64,000 nt of DNA, taken from contig NC_058373.1 of NCBI RefSeq assembly GCF_018350175.1, positions 104,658,001 to 104,722,000 of the forward strand. The letters are read 5' to 3'. The notes beneath the pieces are model-generated. The model made no database searches. It was not told the DNA's origin and worked only from the letters and a program-made list of their open reading frames with translations. Shown one piece after another: positions 38,106-52,209 of this stretch. Made by a program: the position numbers and the translations under genes. This DNA comes from Felis catus (Eukaryota). The first letter of the stretch is position 1. Each line of letters begins with the position of its first letter.

Positions 38106-38633
38106 TTAAAGCAAGACAAGAGAGGAAGATGTATTTTTAAATCAAGGAAATTTGTGGCCTCTTTGCCAAATCACTTCAATAGCCATCTCCCCCGAGTAAA
38201 TGAAGAAATGAATATTATAAGAACACCAAGTGCAGTGAACACAGCACTGATGTTGCAAGGAGGTTCTTAAGGGATCTTTTATAATGAACTCTTCAGACAG
38301 TGAATCAGTCAGAATCCCAGCAGGAACTGGACGCTGCTTGAGAATGGGGAGTTGACCAGCATTTAGCAAGCGGTTGTGTACAAAAGAGTGGATGGAGTCC
38401 AGACTGGCAGCAGGGCAGTAGGACAGCCTGAAGGAGCTGCCACCACCGTAGGCCTACGGGCAGAAAAGAGGGAACAAGACCCATCGCTAGAGAGAGTAGG
38501 GATGCCCAAAGGTAGCTGCAGCCCCGCAGGTGGGAGCCAAGAGAAGGACTTCACTCTCCTCTAGCCTTCCTACCAGTGCCTTCCATTACACAAATACAGC
38601 TCAATTCCAGAGGGCAGGGCAAGGGGCACAGGT

Positions 38634-38986
38634 GACTATGCACTAAGTGTGTGCCACCCCCCAAATCTTAATGTTGAAGCCCTAACTTCAGTTAAGATGC
38701 TGCTCGGAGGTGGGGCCCTCAGGAAGTGCCTAAGTTTACATGAGGTCATGAGGTTGGAGCCCCCATGCTGATATTAGTGCTCTTATAAGAGGAAGAGACT
38801 AGAACCCCCTCTCACCCTCTCTACCATGTGAAGATACAGCAAGCAGGCAGCCTTCTGCAAGCTAGGAAGAACCTTCACCAGAAACAGAATTCACGGGCAC
38901 CTTGATCTTGGACTTCCCACCCTCCAGAACTGTGAGAAATAAATATCTGTGGTATGTTGTTATAGCAACGCAAGGGGAATAAGACA
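38634..38986 (+). mobile_element. MaLR (MLT1A/MST-like) solo LTR
   Basis: ATGTTGAAGCCCTAAC...GGCACCTTGATCTTGGACTTCCCACCCTCCAGAACTGTGAGAAATAAAT...TAAGACA. Confidence 0.85.
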
Positions 38987-40547
38987 CCGGTAGATACATT
39001 CATAGAGCTCAGCCTCCCAGGTCACAGAAAAGGGCAAAAGGACAGAGAGAGGAAGTGAACCTTGGGGGGCAAACTGAAACCATCCAGTGCAGACGCCTGG
39101 TGGGAGACAAGCAGAGCTTGCAATATGGCGGCAGTCTCTGCTCCACAAACCACCACAGTAAAGAACTCATCTAGCATTACTGTTTCCTGTGGAATTCTCA
39201 AGCAGCAAGTGGGTATATTACAATGTAACAATTTCCCTTTACTTCAGTAATTTAAAAGGTGACATTTTTTGAAGCTTTTTTCTTCAAAAAGCGTGTATTT
39301 GTGGGTCCAAAAGTGCCTTTGCAAAATAGAAGAAACATTACCTTTATCTTTACATCACCCAGGCAGAGGAATGCATTCTAATAAGCAATTGAGTGAAAAA
39401 CCCTACTGTGATTGAATTTATTTTTCCAGAGAAACGCAGGAAATAGTCATGAATGTTTCATTAAAACTCTTCCTAATCATAAATGTATATCCGTGTCCTA
39501 ACAAGTACGTGGTTTTAACACTGCGACTCTCCAAGCCAGCAAACAACTCTGTAAAATTGTCTTTAATCCCTCACAAATGACTCTGGAGTCCCACTGAGGC
39601 TTTATCACACATTATTTAGTAAATCCATGAACCTACAAGCCAGGAGACATGGAAAACCATAGCAACCAGGGACAAGACTGGAGAGGTGGTCGGTGTTTGA
39701 ACAACAGCTCTAGGAGGGACATGCAGCCTTCCTGAGCTCGGAAGCCCACTCCCTCCCACCCCACCCTGCTTGACTTGACCTTGCCTTTATCACTCCTCTC
39801 TCCCCTGCGGACCCTGCACGGGAACTTGCATCTCGAATGGGTTTAGCAGTTTAACTGGTCTGGTCTTCTGCTTGCAGACAAACTATTATCATTTTACACA
39901 CGAGGAAAATGAGACTGAGACATTTTGAGGGGCTTGCCCAAGGTCACAAAACTCATACATGGAAAGGGAGAATACTAGAATTCAAATCCTGATTCTAGCC
40001 CAGTGCTTTTCCCGACTGTAATTTCTGCATGGTCTGGTTCTTTAAATGGAATGAGGCAAAAGGGAACTTGAATTCTACATACATCTCTGACAGCAATAAA
40101 CAAGCTGTTATGGCCATTGAAGGTAGCATACTGAAACTGAATCTATAAAATTGTACTCACTAATAAAGAAATTTCACATTTCATAGCAAATTTACCCTGC
40201 AGAAAATATCATGAAATGTATCAGGTGCTGGTTTCTGTCAGCAAAGCTAACGCACACCTAGTGTATTTTTATTCTTTCTAAGGCCTCATAATTGTTGGAG
40301 GGTTTGTTCATTGAGCTAATGGTAAATATTTTAAGAACATGAGAGCGGGTATCCACTGACCAATGTTAATTATGCAGGAAAAAAATCACATATGCAACAC
40401 AGAAGTATAACCAGAAAAGTTCTCTACTTAGAGCTAATAAAAGAAATAATACCTATATAAAGCTTAGAGCCACTTGTCATCATCATCACCATCACCACGA
40501 TTTTCCAATCTCAGAGCAACATCACTGGAGACGGACAGAATTCTCAT

Positions 40548-40599
40548 CTTCTTTCATGGTCTGTACGAGTTTACTTCTTTCATGGTCTGTACGAGTTTA
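40548..40599. repeat. Perfect 26-bp tandem duplication
   Basis: CTTCTTTCATGGTCTGTACGAGTTTA x2. Confidence 0.93.
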
Positions 40600-41584
40600 C
40601 CTATCCCTAGCTCTGCATGCTCTGGGATATTAAACAGCGTCTGTCAAGGACCATCCCTGCTAAGCAAGTCAGGTTTTCTCATTCTCTTGTGAACATCAGT
40701 ACCGATTTCCCAGGCCTTGCACCTCTAGAGGATCGGAGGACGGAGCCTCTGGGACGGAGCCCCGGCATCAGTGTGTGGTGAAAGGTCCCCAGGCGATTCT
40801 GATAAATCAAAACACAGATGCCTGGGCTGTATCCCAGAACAACTGACTCGGTATCTCTGGGGTTTAAGACCTGGGAGAGCTGTACTGTGAAAAAGCTCCC
40901 CTAAGTTGATTTTCATACATACCAAAAAATGAGAAAGGCTCTCTTCAGCTGACAGGCACAGATCTAACCACACCACCAGGGGGATATATTGGAACAACAA
41001 GCTATGTTAAATGAATACCCAAATACAGACAGACTCCAGCCATGCCCACAGCTAACCTCTCATTGGCTTTCCAACTTGGATGAATGCTAAATTTGCTCCT
41101 CGGGGCAGCTGTTGAGTGTATTTAAATATGCCATGGAGACTGTATGCACAACCCTGATGCATCTCTGATTATTTTTTCATACATTCACAAATCACCTTTA
41201 TGAACACTAGCTTCACATCAAATAATGAAAATGCACATTAAACAAGAACAAAAACCAAGCAGCAGCCTCAATTTGAAAACAGTGTTTAATTGTACTCTAA
41301 GAATCGTTTTGTTATTTTCAGAAGTTAAACTAAATCTGAATCTATTTACAAAATCATGTGCTAAATTAAGTGAAACATAAAAGAACACACATCATTGAAA
41401 GTTTGTAAGTTGAGATAATATAAAAAGCAGACTCCAAAATCCATCTAAGACAAAAGCACCCTGGCATTGCAAGGAACATTTTACCAGAGTACAAGTCACC
41501 AAACGTGACATCTTAAACCTTCAGAGTACAAAATGTCAACGTCAAAAGGACCGAGTTAGTAAAAATTAAGAATAAGTGGGTCCA

Positions 41585-41808
41585 GGGGCGCCTGGGTGGC
41601 GCAGTCGGTTAGGCCTCCGACTTCAGCCAGGTCACGATCTCGCGGTCTGTGGGTTCGAGCCCCGCGTCAGGCTCTGGGCTGATGGCTCGGAGCCTGGAGC
41701 CTGTTTCCGATTCTGTGTCTTCCCCTCTCTCTGCCCCTCCCCCGTTCATGCTCTGTCTCTCTCTGTCCCAAAAATAAATAAACGTTAAAAAAAAAAAAAA
41801 AAAAAAAA
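41585..41808 (+). mobile_element. Young felid CanSINE
   Basis: Pure A-run tail, TSD AAGAATAAGTGGGTCC. Confidence 0.97.
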
Positions 41809-43412
41809 AAGAATAAGTGGGTCCCGAAAAGTAAAATTTGTTTCAAACAAAACAAACTACTGTAAGAATTTTGCACTTCCCTGAATAACTGCAGCATATT
41901 AGTGTATTCACTTTTTCCACCTTCTTTTTCCTCTGCAGAGTCACTCTCTCTGCTTTGCCTGAGCCCTAACAGTGAGTTACAAAAATGTCGTAAATTACAG
42001 AGTGTAAATAGTGTCAAATCCTATGCTCACAGGGAGGCCCAAAGTGGTGATCATGTAGTTCTCAGTTTTAAATAGACAGAAAAACATGCCTCTTGCCTAC
42101 AAAGTAAAATGATGACAACTGCAAAAACATCTCAGTAGAGCTGATTCCTGGTCTCTGCTACCGACGAAGGGGGAGGGGGGAGACAAAACACAGAGTGTCC
42201 GAGTAGAAGGTGGCATAACTAAACCATCACGCTATTAGTGGAAAGTCCAAGTACAATGGAAGAGCAACATCGTATTTACTCCAACTAAAATTAGATCAAA
42301 TCCTTCGTGTCCAGCGAGCTGCTTCTCAAAGCACCAAAATAGAATGAAGCCGTTAACAGACCAATACAAAAGCGCTCTTTGCTGCAGAAACTTGAAAACA
42401 GAACCAATGTTATTCACCGCCCCCATGGGGTGACCCAACTCATCTCCCTCAGATGCTGCAATCATATTGCTGTTCCTCCTGAAGGGTGAGGTTATTTAAA
42501 AAGCCACAAAGTCCAGATAAGTCTCAGAGGATGTCTCCAGTTAGCCCCTGCGGTTCACAAGCCCTGGTGAGGCCACATTAACTTCAGCTGCCTCTTAACA
42601 CTCTGAAGTCGGGTAAAGAGATGGAGGGGGGAATGTGACTAAAATCCAGTAATAATGGAAATGTTTACATAGCCCATAGTTTCTAACTCTCCCATCTTCC
42701 AAGCCTTTCTCAACACCCCTAAAAAGCAACAAACGATTGATTTGCATTTCACACCCTCTCCCTTCTTACAGAATAATACTCAAAATATGACTGACAGGAG
42801 TAAGAGAGGGGAACACAAAGATTCTGTAACACTTCTGCTATGTAATTATCTCCTGAATACCCCAGAGCTGGTTGGAGAGAAATGGCCCTGCCCAGTTTCT
42901 GTTGCTGTCGGCATCCTAGAGCAAGGAGGACCCCCTCAAATTTAACATGCCTAAAACCTCATTTACCAATGACCATCCAAGACCTGGCCCCCACCAACCT
43001 CTGCGGCCTCCCTAATCACAGTTGCCAACATTCCACCATGGAAACTTCGGAGTTACCTATGGCTCCTTCTTATCTCGGCATCAAGTCACAAGTCACTTGG
43101 CCTTCTTCCCAAGTGACTTCAATTCTTCCTCCCTACAGGGCCTCTCGGAATGGTCCTTTCTTTTCACTTCCACTGTTTGGACTAAGCATTAAAGAATGAG
43201 CAGGAAGTTTCTATGCAAACACGTTGGGAAGGCATTCCGAGAAACGGAACCGTCTGCCTCAAGACCTAGGTGTGTGAGAGCACAGCACGCCAAGAAACGC
43301 CCGGTGATCTGACATCAGTGCATCCTAAGTGGCCAGAAAGGAGGTGAGAAGGGACTCTAACAGGAAGGACCTTCCATCCCCGCACAAGAGGCCTGAACTT
43401 TTCCCAGGAGGC

Positions 43413-44172
43413 CAGTATTTTGTGGACTTCGGTAATTTGACTAATGCCTTACCTCCATACCACCTATAGAATCAATTACGGAACTGATTTATTTTTCGAT
43501 ATTAATCAATTTACTTAACATTAACATTTTCTTTTTCCTTCCAAATTTTTATTATGGGAATTTTCGAATGTACACAAAAGTGGAGACAATAGAGAAATAC
43601 ACCTACTTAAGCCGGGGACATGTATCAACCAATGTCTAATTTCGTTTCCCTCTACATACCCCTTAACACACCACCCCCACCAGCCACATACAGCTGAATT
43701 ACATCATCTGTGATGAACAGATCACAGGAACTATATCGTTTCATACGTGTAACGCTTTATAAAACCGAACTGCAATCCCATCATGACATACAAGAAAATC
43801 AAATATCCTAACTATCATCTAATGTCCAGGACATTAAGATTTTACAGCACTGCTATATACAAAAAATTGAAATCAGTTGCCAGCCATCTTTAAAAGAAAA
43901 TACTATCATTAAAATTATGGCGTGACATGCCTGCATTTGGAACACTCAGCTTGAGGCCTGTTCTCCCTATTAAAAATGGAGATTAGCAAAAATGTTAGAT
44001 ATACCCAGTTTTATACTTCCTCGTGGTCAAAAGTAGAAGGATTGAAAAGGAATTTAAGAAGGAATATGTTTCTCACTATGTAACGTAAGATGATTTCATG
44101 TAATGCCTATATAAATCCTAAATCATCCTGCATTTCACCAGGAATCTTTGTCTCACACTTTGGGAGACACTG
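43413..44172. mobile_element. hAT-Charlie derivative interrupted by an old L1 3' fragment (~43530-43830)
   Basis: Ends CAGTATTTT...CACACTTTGGGAGACACTG; internal L1MC-like AAATTTTTATTATGGGAATTTTCGAATGTACACAAAAGTGGAGA. Confidence 0.5.
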
Positions 44173-46454
44173 CTATGGGGAATAAGAAACCATCTAAGAA
44201 TTCTGGACCTGATGGAATCTATGATTTGGAAAAAATGTTCCAGCAGTAGCAAGAACGGGAGGTGTTTACGAAGGATGAAGGGACAGCCTCTTACTGTGCC
44301 TTCCACCCCATTACTTCTTGCGGTCTTGTCTCTTTCTAGCAGAGCATTCTCCTAGCGCTCTAGTAGGGGAACACACAAACTCACTCACATGCCTTTGACC
44401 AAAGAATAGACCTCCTCTACTGGGGGAGGTTTTCTCTGATTGATCTCAGAGCTTCAGGGGAAGGGGATACACATACATGTGCAGCAAGGGGGAGGATAGA
44501 GACACCATCTAGCCAACCAGACCAGCCGGATCAAAGTTGGCCGTCAATGAGGTAATTGCTGATGTCGCAGCTAGATGGCCCTCACATCCCACCCCATCAT
44601 TTCTTGAACCTTCACTGTCCCCCAAGCAAACCTCTACCTCTCCAAAGCCAATCTTCCCCCAGAAGGGGCTTTAGTGCCAAGCCCCAGATCCTCCCTCCTC
44701 ATGAGCACACTCTCTTGTGACTAAATCACCAAGCCTTCAAGAAATGCCAAAATGTGACATTTTCCAGAATATCTCTCACCCCCCACCCCCAAACATTACA
44801 CTCAAATATCTTCCGTGGCTCCCCTTTCACACAGAGAAAAGTTCACATCTTGGCTGTACTATTCAAGGATCTCCCAGATCCGGCTCTCGCTAATCTTTCC
44901 AACTTTATCCTTCCAGAGTCCTCTGCTTTAGATTACCTGATTTAGTCTCTGTCACCCAAACAGGATGAGGCACAAAATCATTCATGTCAGCCTAATATAG
45001 TTTAATACTACCTAACGGTCCTGATGATGTCACTCATTATTTTGTCCCATGTTTCCAAGGTAAAAGCCAGAAAAGTCACATCTCCAGACTCCATATTAGG
45101 GTACAGGAATGTGACTTCGCATCTCACTATTGCTCTCTGGTGTGGAGATTGTGTGAGCTCTCAGAATTCTTTCATAAATTCCCTTTTGACTTAAATTAGC
45201 TAGAGTTGGCTCTACGGTGTGCAACCCCAAAACCCTACCGATGGATCATCCCTGTTCCTTAACTTACCCCATTTCCTCGGCTGAAAATGAGCTCCTCGGT
45301 CTTCCACACATAGCTCCATCTAACCCCTCTTTCACATTCTACCGCGCCCAGGGTTTCTTCCTTAAGTTTCTTCAAACATTCTTTCCAAATCCAGGCATCT
45401 CCATTGTATGTATACCTCATTGGAACGTTAATACATGCTTTTCCGTTTTATAGCTATGGTCTTTTGCCATACCTATGTCTGCAATTTGAACATGAGTCCC
45501 TGTGTTTTTACAGCTTCAATAGTTAACGAGTTCTTTCTGTGGGTGAAGTGTTGTGCTTAATGCCAGTGATACCAAGAGGCCTACGCCAAAAATCTAAGTC
45601 CTTGGCAACTCACAGGCCAGTGGGAGAAGTAGGTTCACAAACAAAAGGATACAAAGCAATGTTCCATAATAGAGGTTCTATGAGTTCAGGTGGAAGAAGA
45701 ATTCACTCTCCCTGGGTAGGCTCCAGGAAGGTAGGGAGGGCAGAAATAAGTCTTCTTGGGCAAGTAGGAATTTACCAGGCAGGCAAACAAAGAAGAGAGG
45801 AATGTCTCCTACGTCTTATACTCCTGGGATCCCCAAAACTTAACTTGTTCCCTAAACATTCTATGTGCTCAAATTACCTTCTAGTTTGGGGCCAGCAATG
45901 TGTATGTCTAAGAGTTACAAGAATACAGTAAAAGAAAATTAAGGAATCAGAAGAAAATGGAGTCAAACAAAATTTTTCCAAATCAGTGTATCTTCACTGA
46001 ACACTTGCTGTATGGAATATAATTTAACACTGCCCCTGTCTTCAAGGTCCACTGCTTGTTTAAATTCAGTCTAGCTGAGGAGCTATATATATAAAAGCAA
46101 GGAGACTTATACAACAATAAAAGACTTGGCAGTTCAGTCTAATAATAGAAAAAAAGACATAAGTAGCACATGATCAGATACCAAAATTAATGCAACCATG
46201 AGATTTTTTTTTAAAGAGTGGTCACTTTACACTGTGTGAGTCAGGGGAAAATTTATAGAAATATAGATGTATATAGGGAAGTGCTAAGTGAAAGGCAGAA
46301 ACACACAGAACAAGCTCAGGGATTAGTAAATAAATCAGATTGGCTGGAATAGAGAATTTGAGTGGGAGAAGAGCAAAAATAAAAGAACTAGAAAAATAAG
46401 AACTAGAAAAAGAAAACTAAAAAAATTGGTTAACAACCTCAGGAGCTCCCCAGA

Positions 46455-46854
46455 TGAAATCTGAAACTTGCCCCCAAACACGGAGGACAAGGAGAGACTG
46501 AAGAAAGAGACAGAACTCCAGATTGGTAGGCGGCAGATTTAATAAACAAGGAAACTTACTTCTGAGGCTTATCATGGGCGCACAAGATGAGTGGGTCTCT
46601 GCACCTGTCTGCCAGAATCTCAAAAGTTTAGAGAGAGGCCTTAACTGGGTTCAGTCACCTATACTGTCCAGATGGTCTCAACAACACATTAGTTAGTATC
46701 TCAAGGCTGTGTCCTTGAAAATGGCTGTGGCTGTGGGAATAGTGGGCAACACATAAATTCCAAGGACAGGGCAGGGGGTGAGGAGCCTCCAATAGCCTAT
46801 GTTTAGCTCGAGTGTCAACCAGCGATCAGATCCTCTCAGTGACCTCCTCCAACG
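46455..46854 (-). mobile_element. Probable ERV solo LTR (~400 bp)
   Basis: TG start, CAACG end (decayed CA), minus-strand ATTAAA ~130 bp from the end, composition distinct from flanks; TSD not recognisable. Confidence 0.55.
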
Positions 46855-47254
46855 AAGGGTCACTTTGAGGATGCATAAAGCGTACACACGCACGCACGCA
46901 TGCACATACGCACACAGGACAGTAACTATTTTTTAAGCACCTGTTACCCATAAATTATACAGGTACCCATAAGTTATCTAAATTAAGACTCAGATAAGAA
47001 CACAGGGGGCTTAGGTTATATGTTTTATTCAGGGTTATCCAGAAATATCCAGATGCAAAAGACAGATGTGCCTCCTGACCTCCAGGGCTTACAGCCTAGC
47101 ATCTTCAGAGCTCATAAGTGGAGACGCTGAATTCATACCCCAACTCCCAAGACCAGACGCATATTCTCTAGTACTTCTCTGTTCCTGTCTAGCACCCAGC
47201 TAGGTCAAATATTAGAAAACTTCATTCTCTCTTCACCTCACACCTTTCAGTCAT

Positions 47255-47258
<4 letters not shown>

Positions 47259-47309
<51 letters not shown>
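47259..47309. repeat. (TG)~25 microsatellite
   Basis: Direct reading. Confidence 0.97.
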
Positions 47310-47311
<2 letters not shown>

Positions 47312-47419
47312 TATAGATGGCAGGGATTCTGCACATCACAATCACCTGTTAGGCTTTTTAAAAATGCATATGCCCCAGACCCAGTCCCAAAGACCTGAAT
47401 TGCAGCCAGGCACCTATAT

Positions 47420-47646
47420 ATTTTTTTTAAATTTTTTTTTCAACGTTATTTATTTATTTTGGGGACAGAGAGAGACAGAGCATGAATGGGGGAGGGGCAG
47501 AGAGAGAGGGAGACACAGAATCGGAAACAGGCTCCAGGCTCTGAGCCATCAGCCCAGAGCCTGACGCGGGGCTCGAACTCACGGACCGCGAGATCGTGAC
47601 CTGGCTGAAGTCCGAGGCTTAACCGACTGCGCCACCCAGGCGCCCC
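47420..47646 (-). mobile_element. Young felid CanSINE inserted in a MER5-like MITE (~47320-47705)
   Basis: TSD AGGCACCTATAT (47408-47419 / 47648-47659). Confidence 0.96.
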
Positions 47647-48706
47647 TAGGCACCTATATTTTTAAAATACTCCACAGGAGATCCTGATCACAACCAGAGT
47701 TAAGAGGTTGATAGATACTCAACAGTTCAAAACATGCCTCAAACCTTATTAGGAAATCCACACATGCCCACTTTATTCTACTCTCTTGTAAATAATCCAG
47801 ATGAGTGATCTAATAATGATGCTAATGATACTAACGTTAATAGCTACCTTTTACTGAGTGCCTATTCTGCCCTTAGGCAAGGGTTCTCATTTTTTTTTTT
47901 ACACATAGTATCTGATTTATTCTCATGAAATCCAAAGAGGAAAAAACTTTTAAGATTCCTGTTTCCAAAACCATAGAGCTAGATGGAAGTGTTGGAATTC
48001 AAACCCAAGAGTACACTGATCCAAAATAAATGCTCTTTTACCCACTTCACTAGACTGCTTTCCAAAACTAATGGTATTTATTTATCCATGGAATATCTGA
48101 TCAAGTGCCATCTCTACCCCAGGTACTGTGTCCTCAGTCACATACAGCATAAATCAGTACTCTCTCACTCCAAGGTAACAGCACATTTCTCAAGTCTCAA
48201 TGAATAAAATTTGTCCCAGAGACTATACCAAATAAGCTGAAAAATAGAATGAACAAGTGTTGTTACTCAGTAACATAACATGATCAAGATTTCACTATCA
48301 GGAAATTGGGTTTTCCTGGGGAGAAACAAAAAACAAGTATGAGTAATAGTTAAGGAAACACAGAAATGAGGCTTTGAGGAAATGGACTTTGACTGTGATT
48401 CCTACAGGCCTAGACTTTCAAAATCTGAGTCCCGCTCATCCTCATTCACTTCCGGGAGCTGAAAGTTAACTGTCAGATCACCTCATTATGAACCTCCGAA
48501 GAGAAACCCTATTCACACTTTTTAAGATCACCTGAGCATCCCTTGGTATTATTATTTCTCAATATGCTGCTACAAAATATCCAAATGCCCTAAAACAATG
48601 AATGTTTTAAGAAAGGTCAGTCATGTATTCCTTTCCTTCCTGTACCTTCCATTCTCTCCTGTGGTTATCTTAATCTTTTGATGACCATGAGTGCTACTGA
48701 GAATCT

Positions 48707-48837
48707 AGACTTTCAGAAGTCTTTCAGACTATGAAGTATCTTATGAAGACTTTCAGAAGACTTTCAGAAGTAGACTTTCAGAAGACTACTTATGAAGACT
48801 TTCAGAAGTCTACTTATGAAGACTTTCAGAAGTAGAC
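48707..48837. repeat. Irregular patchwork repeat, six GACTTTCAGAAG copies with TATGAAG linkers
   Basis: Copies at 48708, 48748, 48759, 48773, 48797, 48821. Confidence 0.9.
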
Positions 48838-50151
48838 ATATGTCCACACATATATCTTTAGATGAAGAGTCCCTCATCTAAGCAACTATTTCATTTGTTC
48901 TTTTTCTATTCAATTTTTTAAAATTAAGTGCTATTTCAGGGACTAGGGTTATTTGATGAACAAGAGAGAGAAATGGTCCTCACTCCAGTGGAGCTCATCT
49001 ATAATCTAGCAGTCTTACTACTAGGTTTTGAAAAAGAAAATATATAAGAAACCATATTATTAGTTACCAAAAGCACATAAACCACGAATGACTAGCTGTA
49101 CAAGTATGGCTAATACCTGAACAACAATTGGAATACAGGGCTAAACAGGAGATCAAGGGAAGCCCAACTCCCAACTGACGAGAAATGATCCAAGAAGGTG
49201 AGAAGTTTGTAATCTGGAAAATCTGGCAATAGGTACTGGAGATACCAAAGGGGGCTGCGTTCATAAGCAGATCTCCAGTCCCTAAGAAGACACGGGTCAA
49301 GGTTTAAGGCAAAACATCAATCTCTAGAGTACAAGGCAGAAAATCAAAACAGGGATTGAGGCACTGGGCTCTTAGAAACACAGACCTGTTCACTGACACT
49401 GGGATAGGGAAGGGACTTGGTCAAATGGAAACAGGAAAGACACCATACTTGGAATGGACACAAGATCCGAATGAGACTCACAGGGCACTGAACCTGGGAG
49501 CCACTGGCCTACTGTCTCTCAGTTCCATAGAGTCCCCGGTCTCTCAAGGATGGAGGACTAATATCAGGGACCATGGCAAAGGGCAAATCTATAGGTGAGG
49601 GTCAAATAATTAAATAGAGCTGTAGAGATTATAAATCTACAGGGACTAGGAGCCAAAACATCATTACAAGTAGTAACCACATTTCACAAGATAGCTCCTA
49701 TTATCTTGAAATCCTGAGATGTGATTCTACTGAAACAAAAAAGTTGGAAAGCTAGAATACAAATTCAGCTAAATACTTGGAAATGTTTGTCTACTGAATG
49801 TCAAGCATCTTGATATTTAGAAATTACATAAAGCAGATATTTGGAATACCAAGTTATTGTTGTGCCCCTATCAAATTCTGGCAGTAATGATCTATTTTCT
49901 GGTTAATGCAAATTCTTCACAATAGGTAATTCTACGTATTGTAGTAGTTCTCTAATTCCTACTGGAATGCTGGGCTACATAGTGCTTATTCTGAGAGTAC
50001 GGGAAAAGGTAGAAAAATAAGCTAAAAATGATGAACAATTCACATAGCTGATGGCTTGTTTAGACCATTAATAAAAATTACAAAACATTTGTTTCCTTCA
50101 TATTTTCACATATCCTTTCCATATATGGGTTCATAGCAATTAAGTGGAGAA

Positions 50152-50348
50152 TTTTTTTACGTTTACTTATTTATTTTGAGAGAGAAATAGAATGCACACG
50201 TGAGCAGAGTGGGGGCAGAGAGGGAGAGAATCTCAAGCAGGCTCCATGCTGTCAGCATAGAGTTCCTCAGTCCCACAAACTGTGAGGTCTTGACCTGAGC
50301 CAAAAACAAGAGTTGGACACTTAACCAACTGAGCCACCTAGGAGCTCC
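50152..50348 (-). mobile_element. Old CanSINE
   Basis: GAGAGAATCTCAAGCAGGCTCCATGCTGTCAGC...ACTTAACCAACTGAGCCACC. Confidence 0.88.
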
Positions 50349-50479
50349 TAAATGGAGACATTTTAAGTTTCTCCTCTAGTAGGGAATTCTGAAACAGGGC
50401 AGAAAGTCGAGACAGCTAAACCCAAAAGGATCGGGGAAAAAGGAGATGTCCCTTGCTAGAGTGCTGGAGATAATTCATT

Positions 50480-50890
50480 AATTATAATTTCCTCTCCACT
50501 CCTGCTATGTGGCCTGGAGGCTGAGCTATATGCTCTACCACTGTGGCACCCAGTGCTCCTCAGTTCCCATTATGTTCAGGTGGTGGAGAGCACCCACCCG
50601 TAGGAGATGGGAGGGAGAATGACATCAAGATACGTGTACCCTAGCTCCCTTGCTTAAGGTCACTGCAGATTGTAGAGTCCTTCCATTCAACACTGGTGCT
50701 GTCAGATGGCCCTCTCCACATAGCCACCCTCTCTCCCCATGTTCCAGGACCTGACCTCGGACTGTCACAACCCACTATACCAGCCCTGAGGCTCCTAATG
50801 CTTCCAGTTTCCCTACCCCCTACTCATTCCTCCTCTAACTGCCCAAAATGAGTATATATCTATTTCCTGCCAGGACCCAGACTGAATATC
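50480..50890. mobile_element. Ancient ERVL LTR (LTR33-like)
   Basis: Recalled similarity; ends TTTCCTGCCAGGACCCAGACTGAATA. Confidence 0.5.
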
Positions 50891-52083
50891 CCATTCCACA
50901 ACCAACCCTCCAGTGGAACTGGCTTAGGGGTGGGGGGCTGGGGTAAAGTGACCTCCCCTGGGAATACTGTTTGAATTAGTGTTAAAAAGTTTCAGTTCTG
51001 GGTGCAAGGGAAGGAGGTCTGTTGTTTCTACTTCACAAAGCATCCTGAGGGCAGAGCCAAATCTCACGTTCCCCCTGACTCAACTTAGTAAGTTAAGAGA
51101 TTTTGGTTTCCAGGTATCATGAAGAACAAAAAAATCATCTCACCTAAACCATCAGTAACTCCCCAAAACAGAGCTACCAAGAGAAAGATCTAAAAGGCTG
51201 GAGTACAAAGGGTTTGAATCTCAGTTTTTCCCCATTTGAGTTTTTCCTAACGTTTAGAACATTTCTCTCAGTTGTTTAAAAAAAAGTTTAAAACTGAATT
51301 TGCATTCTTCACTTGCCAGATTCTCAAAAGAATTAGAATATGATATTCCTAGAACGTACTCAAAACTACAAAATAATTTCAATAGCTCTGCAGGATATTA
51401 TAACCTCCTGGTAGCTTCTTATAAAATCAGTTTTTGTTTTTGTTTTATGTTCAACTCTTATCGAAGATAAGAATAGGTTACCCATTAAGCATAAACACAA
51501 TTGATTTAACATTTAAAAAACCCACTGACCTTATTAATGCCACAGCTGAAAAACTTGGAAAGGCCTGTCTAAAGCTATTCATCTAGAAATGTGGGAAACA
51601 AGCATGGTTTACCGACAATGGAGGTGAATCTAATGACTCTTAAATCTCACCCAGAATGAGGCATCACTACAAACACACTTGCATTTCTAAGGCCATTGAT
51701 AGAAATCTGCATCAAATCTTGCAGAAGACCCACAAATATAAACAACAAAGAGTGAGACTATAGACCAATACAGTCAACATTAAAGCAGTACTGGACGCCT
51801 TTTTCTGAAAAAGACAACAGCAACACCAGTATCAAGATTCCAATGATTTAAGCTATAACTAGAGAAATTTCACTAGATATTAGAACATGCATTGACAGCT
51901 AAGATGTATGGTCAAAATTCCACAAGAAATGAGTGTGTGAAAGAGAGGAAAGGCAGCTCAAGGGGGAGGGCAGTCTCTTCCTGTCTCTCCACTGCCTTTC
52001 TTCTCTCTTTCCCTAGAAAAGGAGGAGGCTCCAGATACCAATTGGACCTTAGTAGAGGTGTCTATGGCAGTAACGATCTATTT

Positions 52084-52121
52084 TCTCTCTCCCTCTCCCT
52101 CCCTCTCCCTCTCTCTCCCCC

Positions 52122-52207
<86 letters not shown>
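52084..52207. repeat. Compound (CT)n(CA)n microsatellite
   Basis: Direct reading. Confidence 0.96.

Positions 52208-52209
<2 letters not shown>

Noticed and set aside
48707..48837. CRISPR-like repeat-spacer array
   Set aside because: Eukaryotic context, 12-bp repeats, linkers are non-unique and derived from the repeat, no cas genes.
51587..51599. AAATGTGGGAAAC match to U1 snRNA
   Set aside because: 13-nt match with no flanking U1 similarity.
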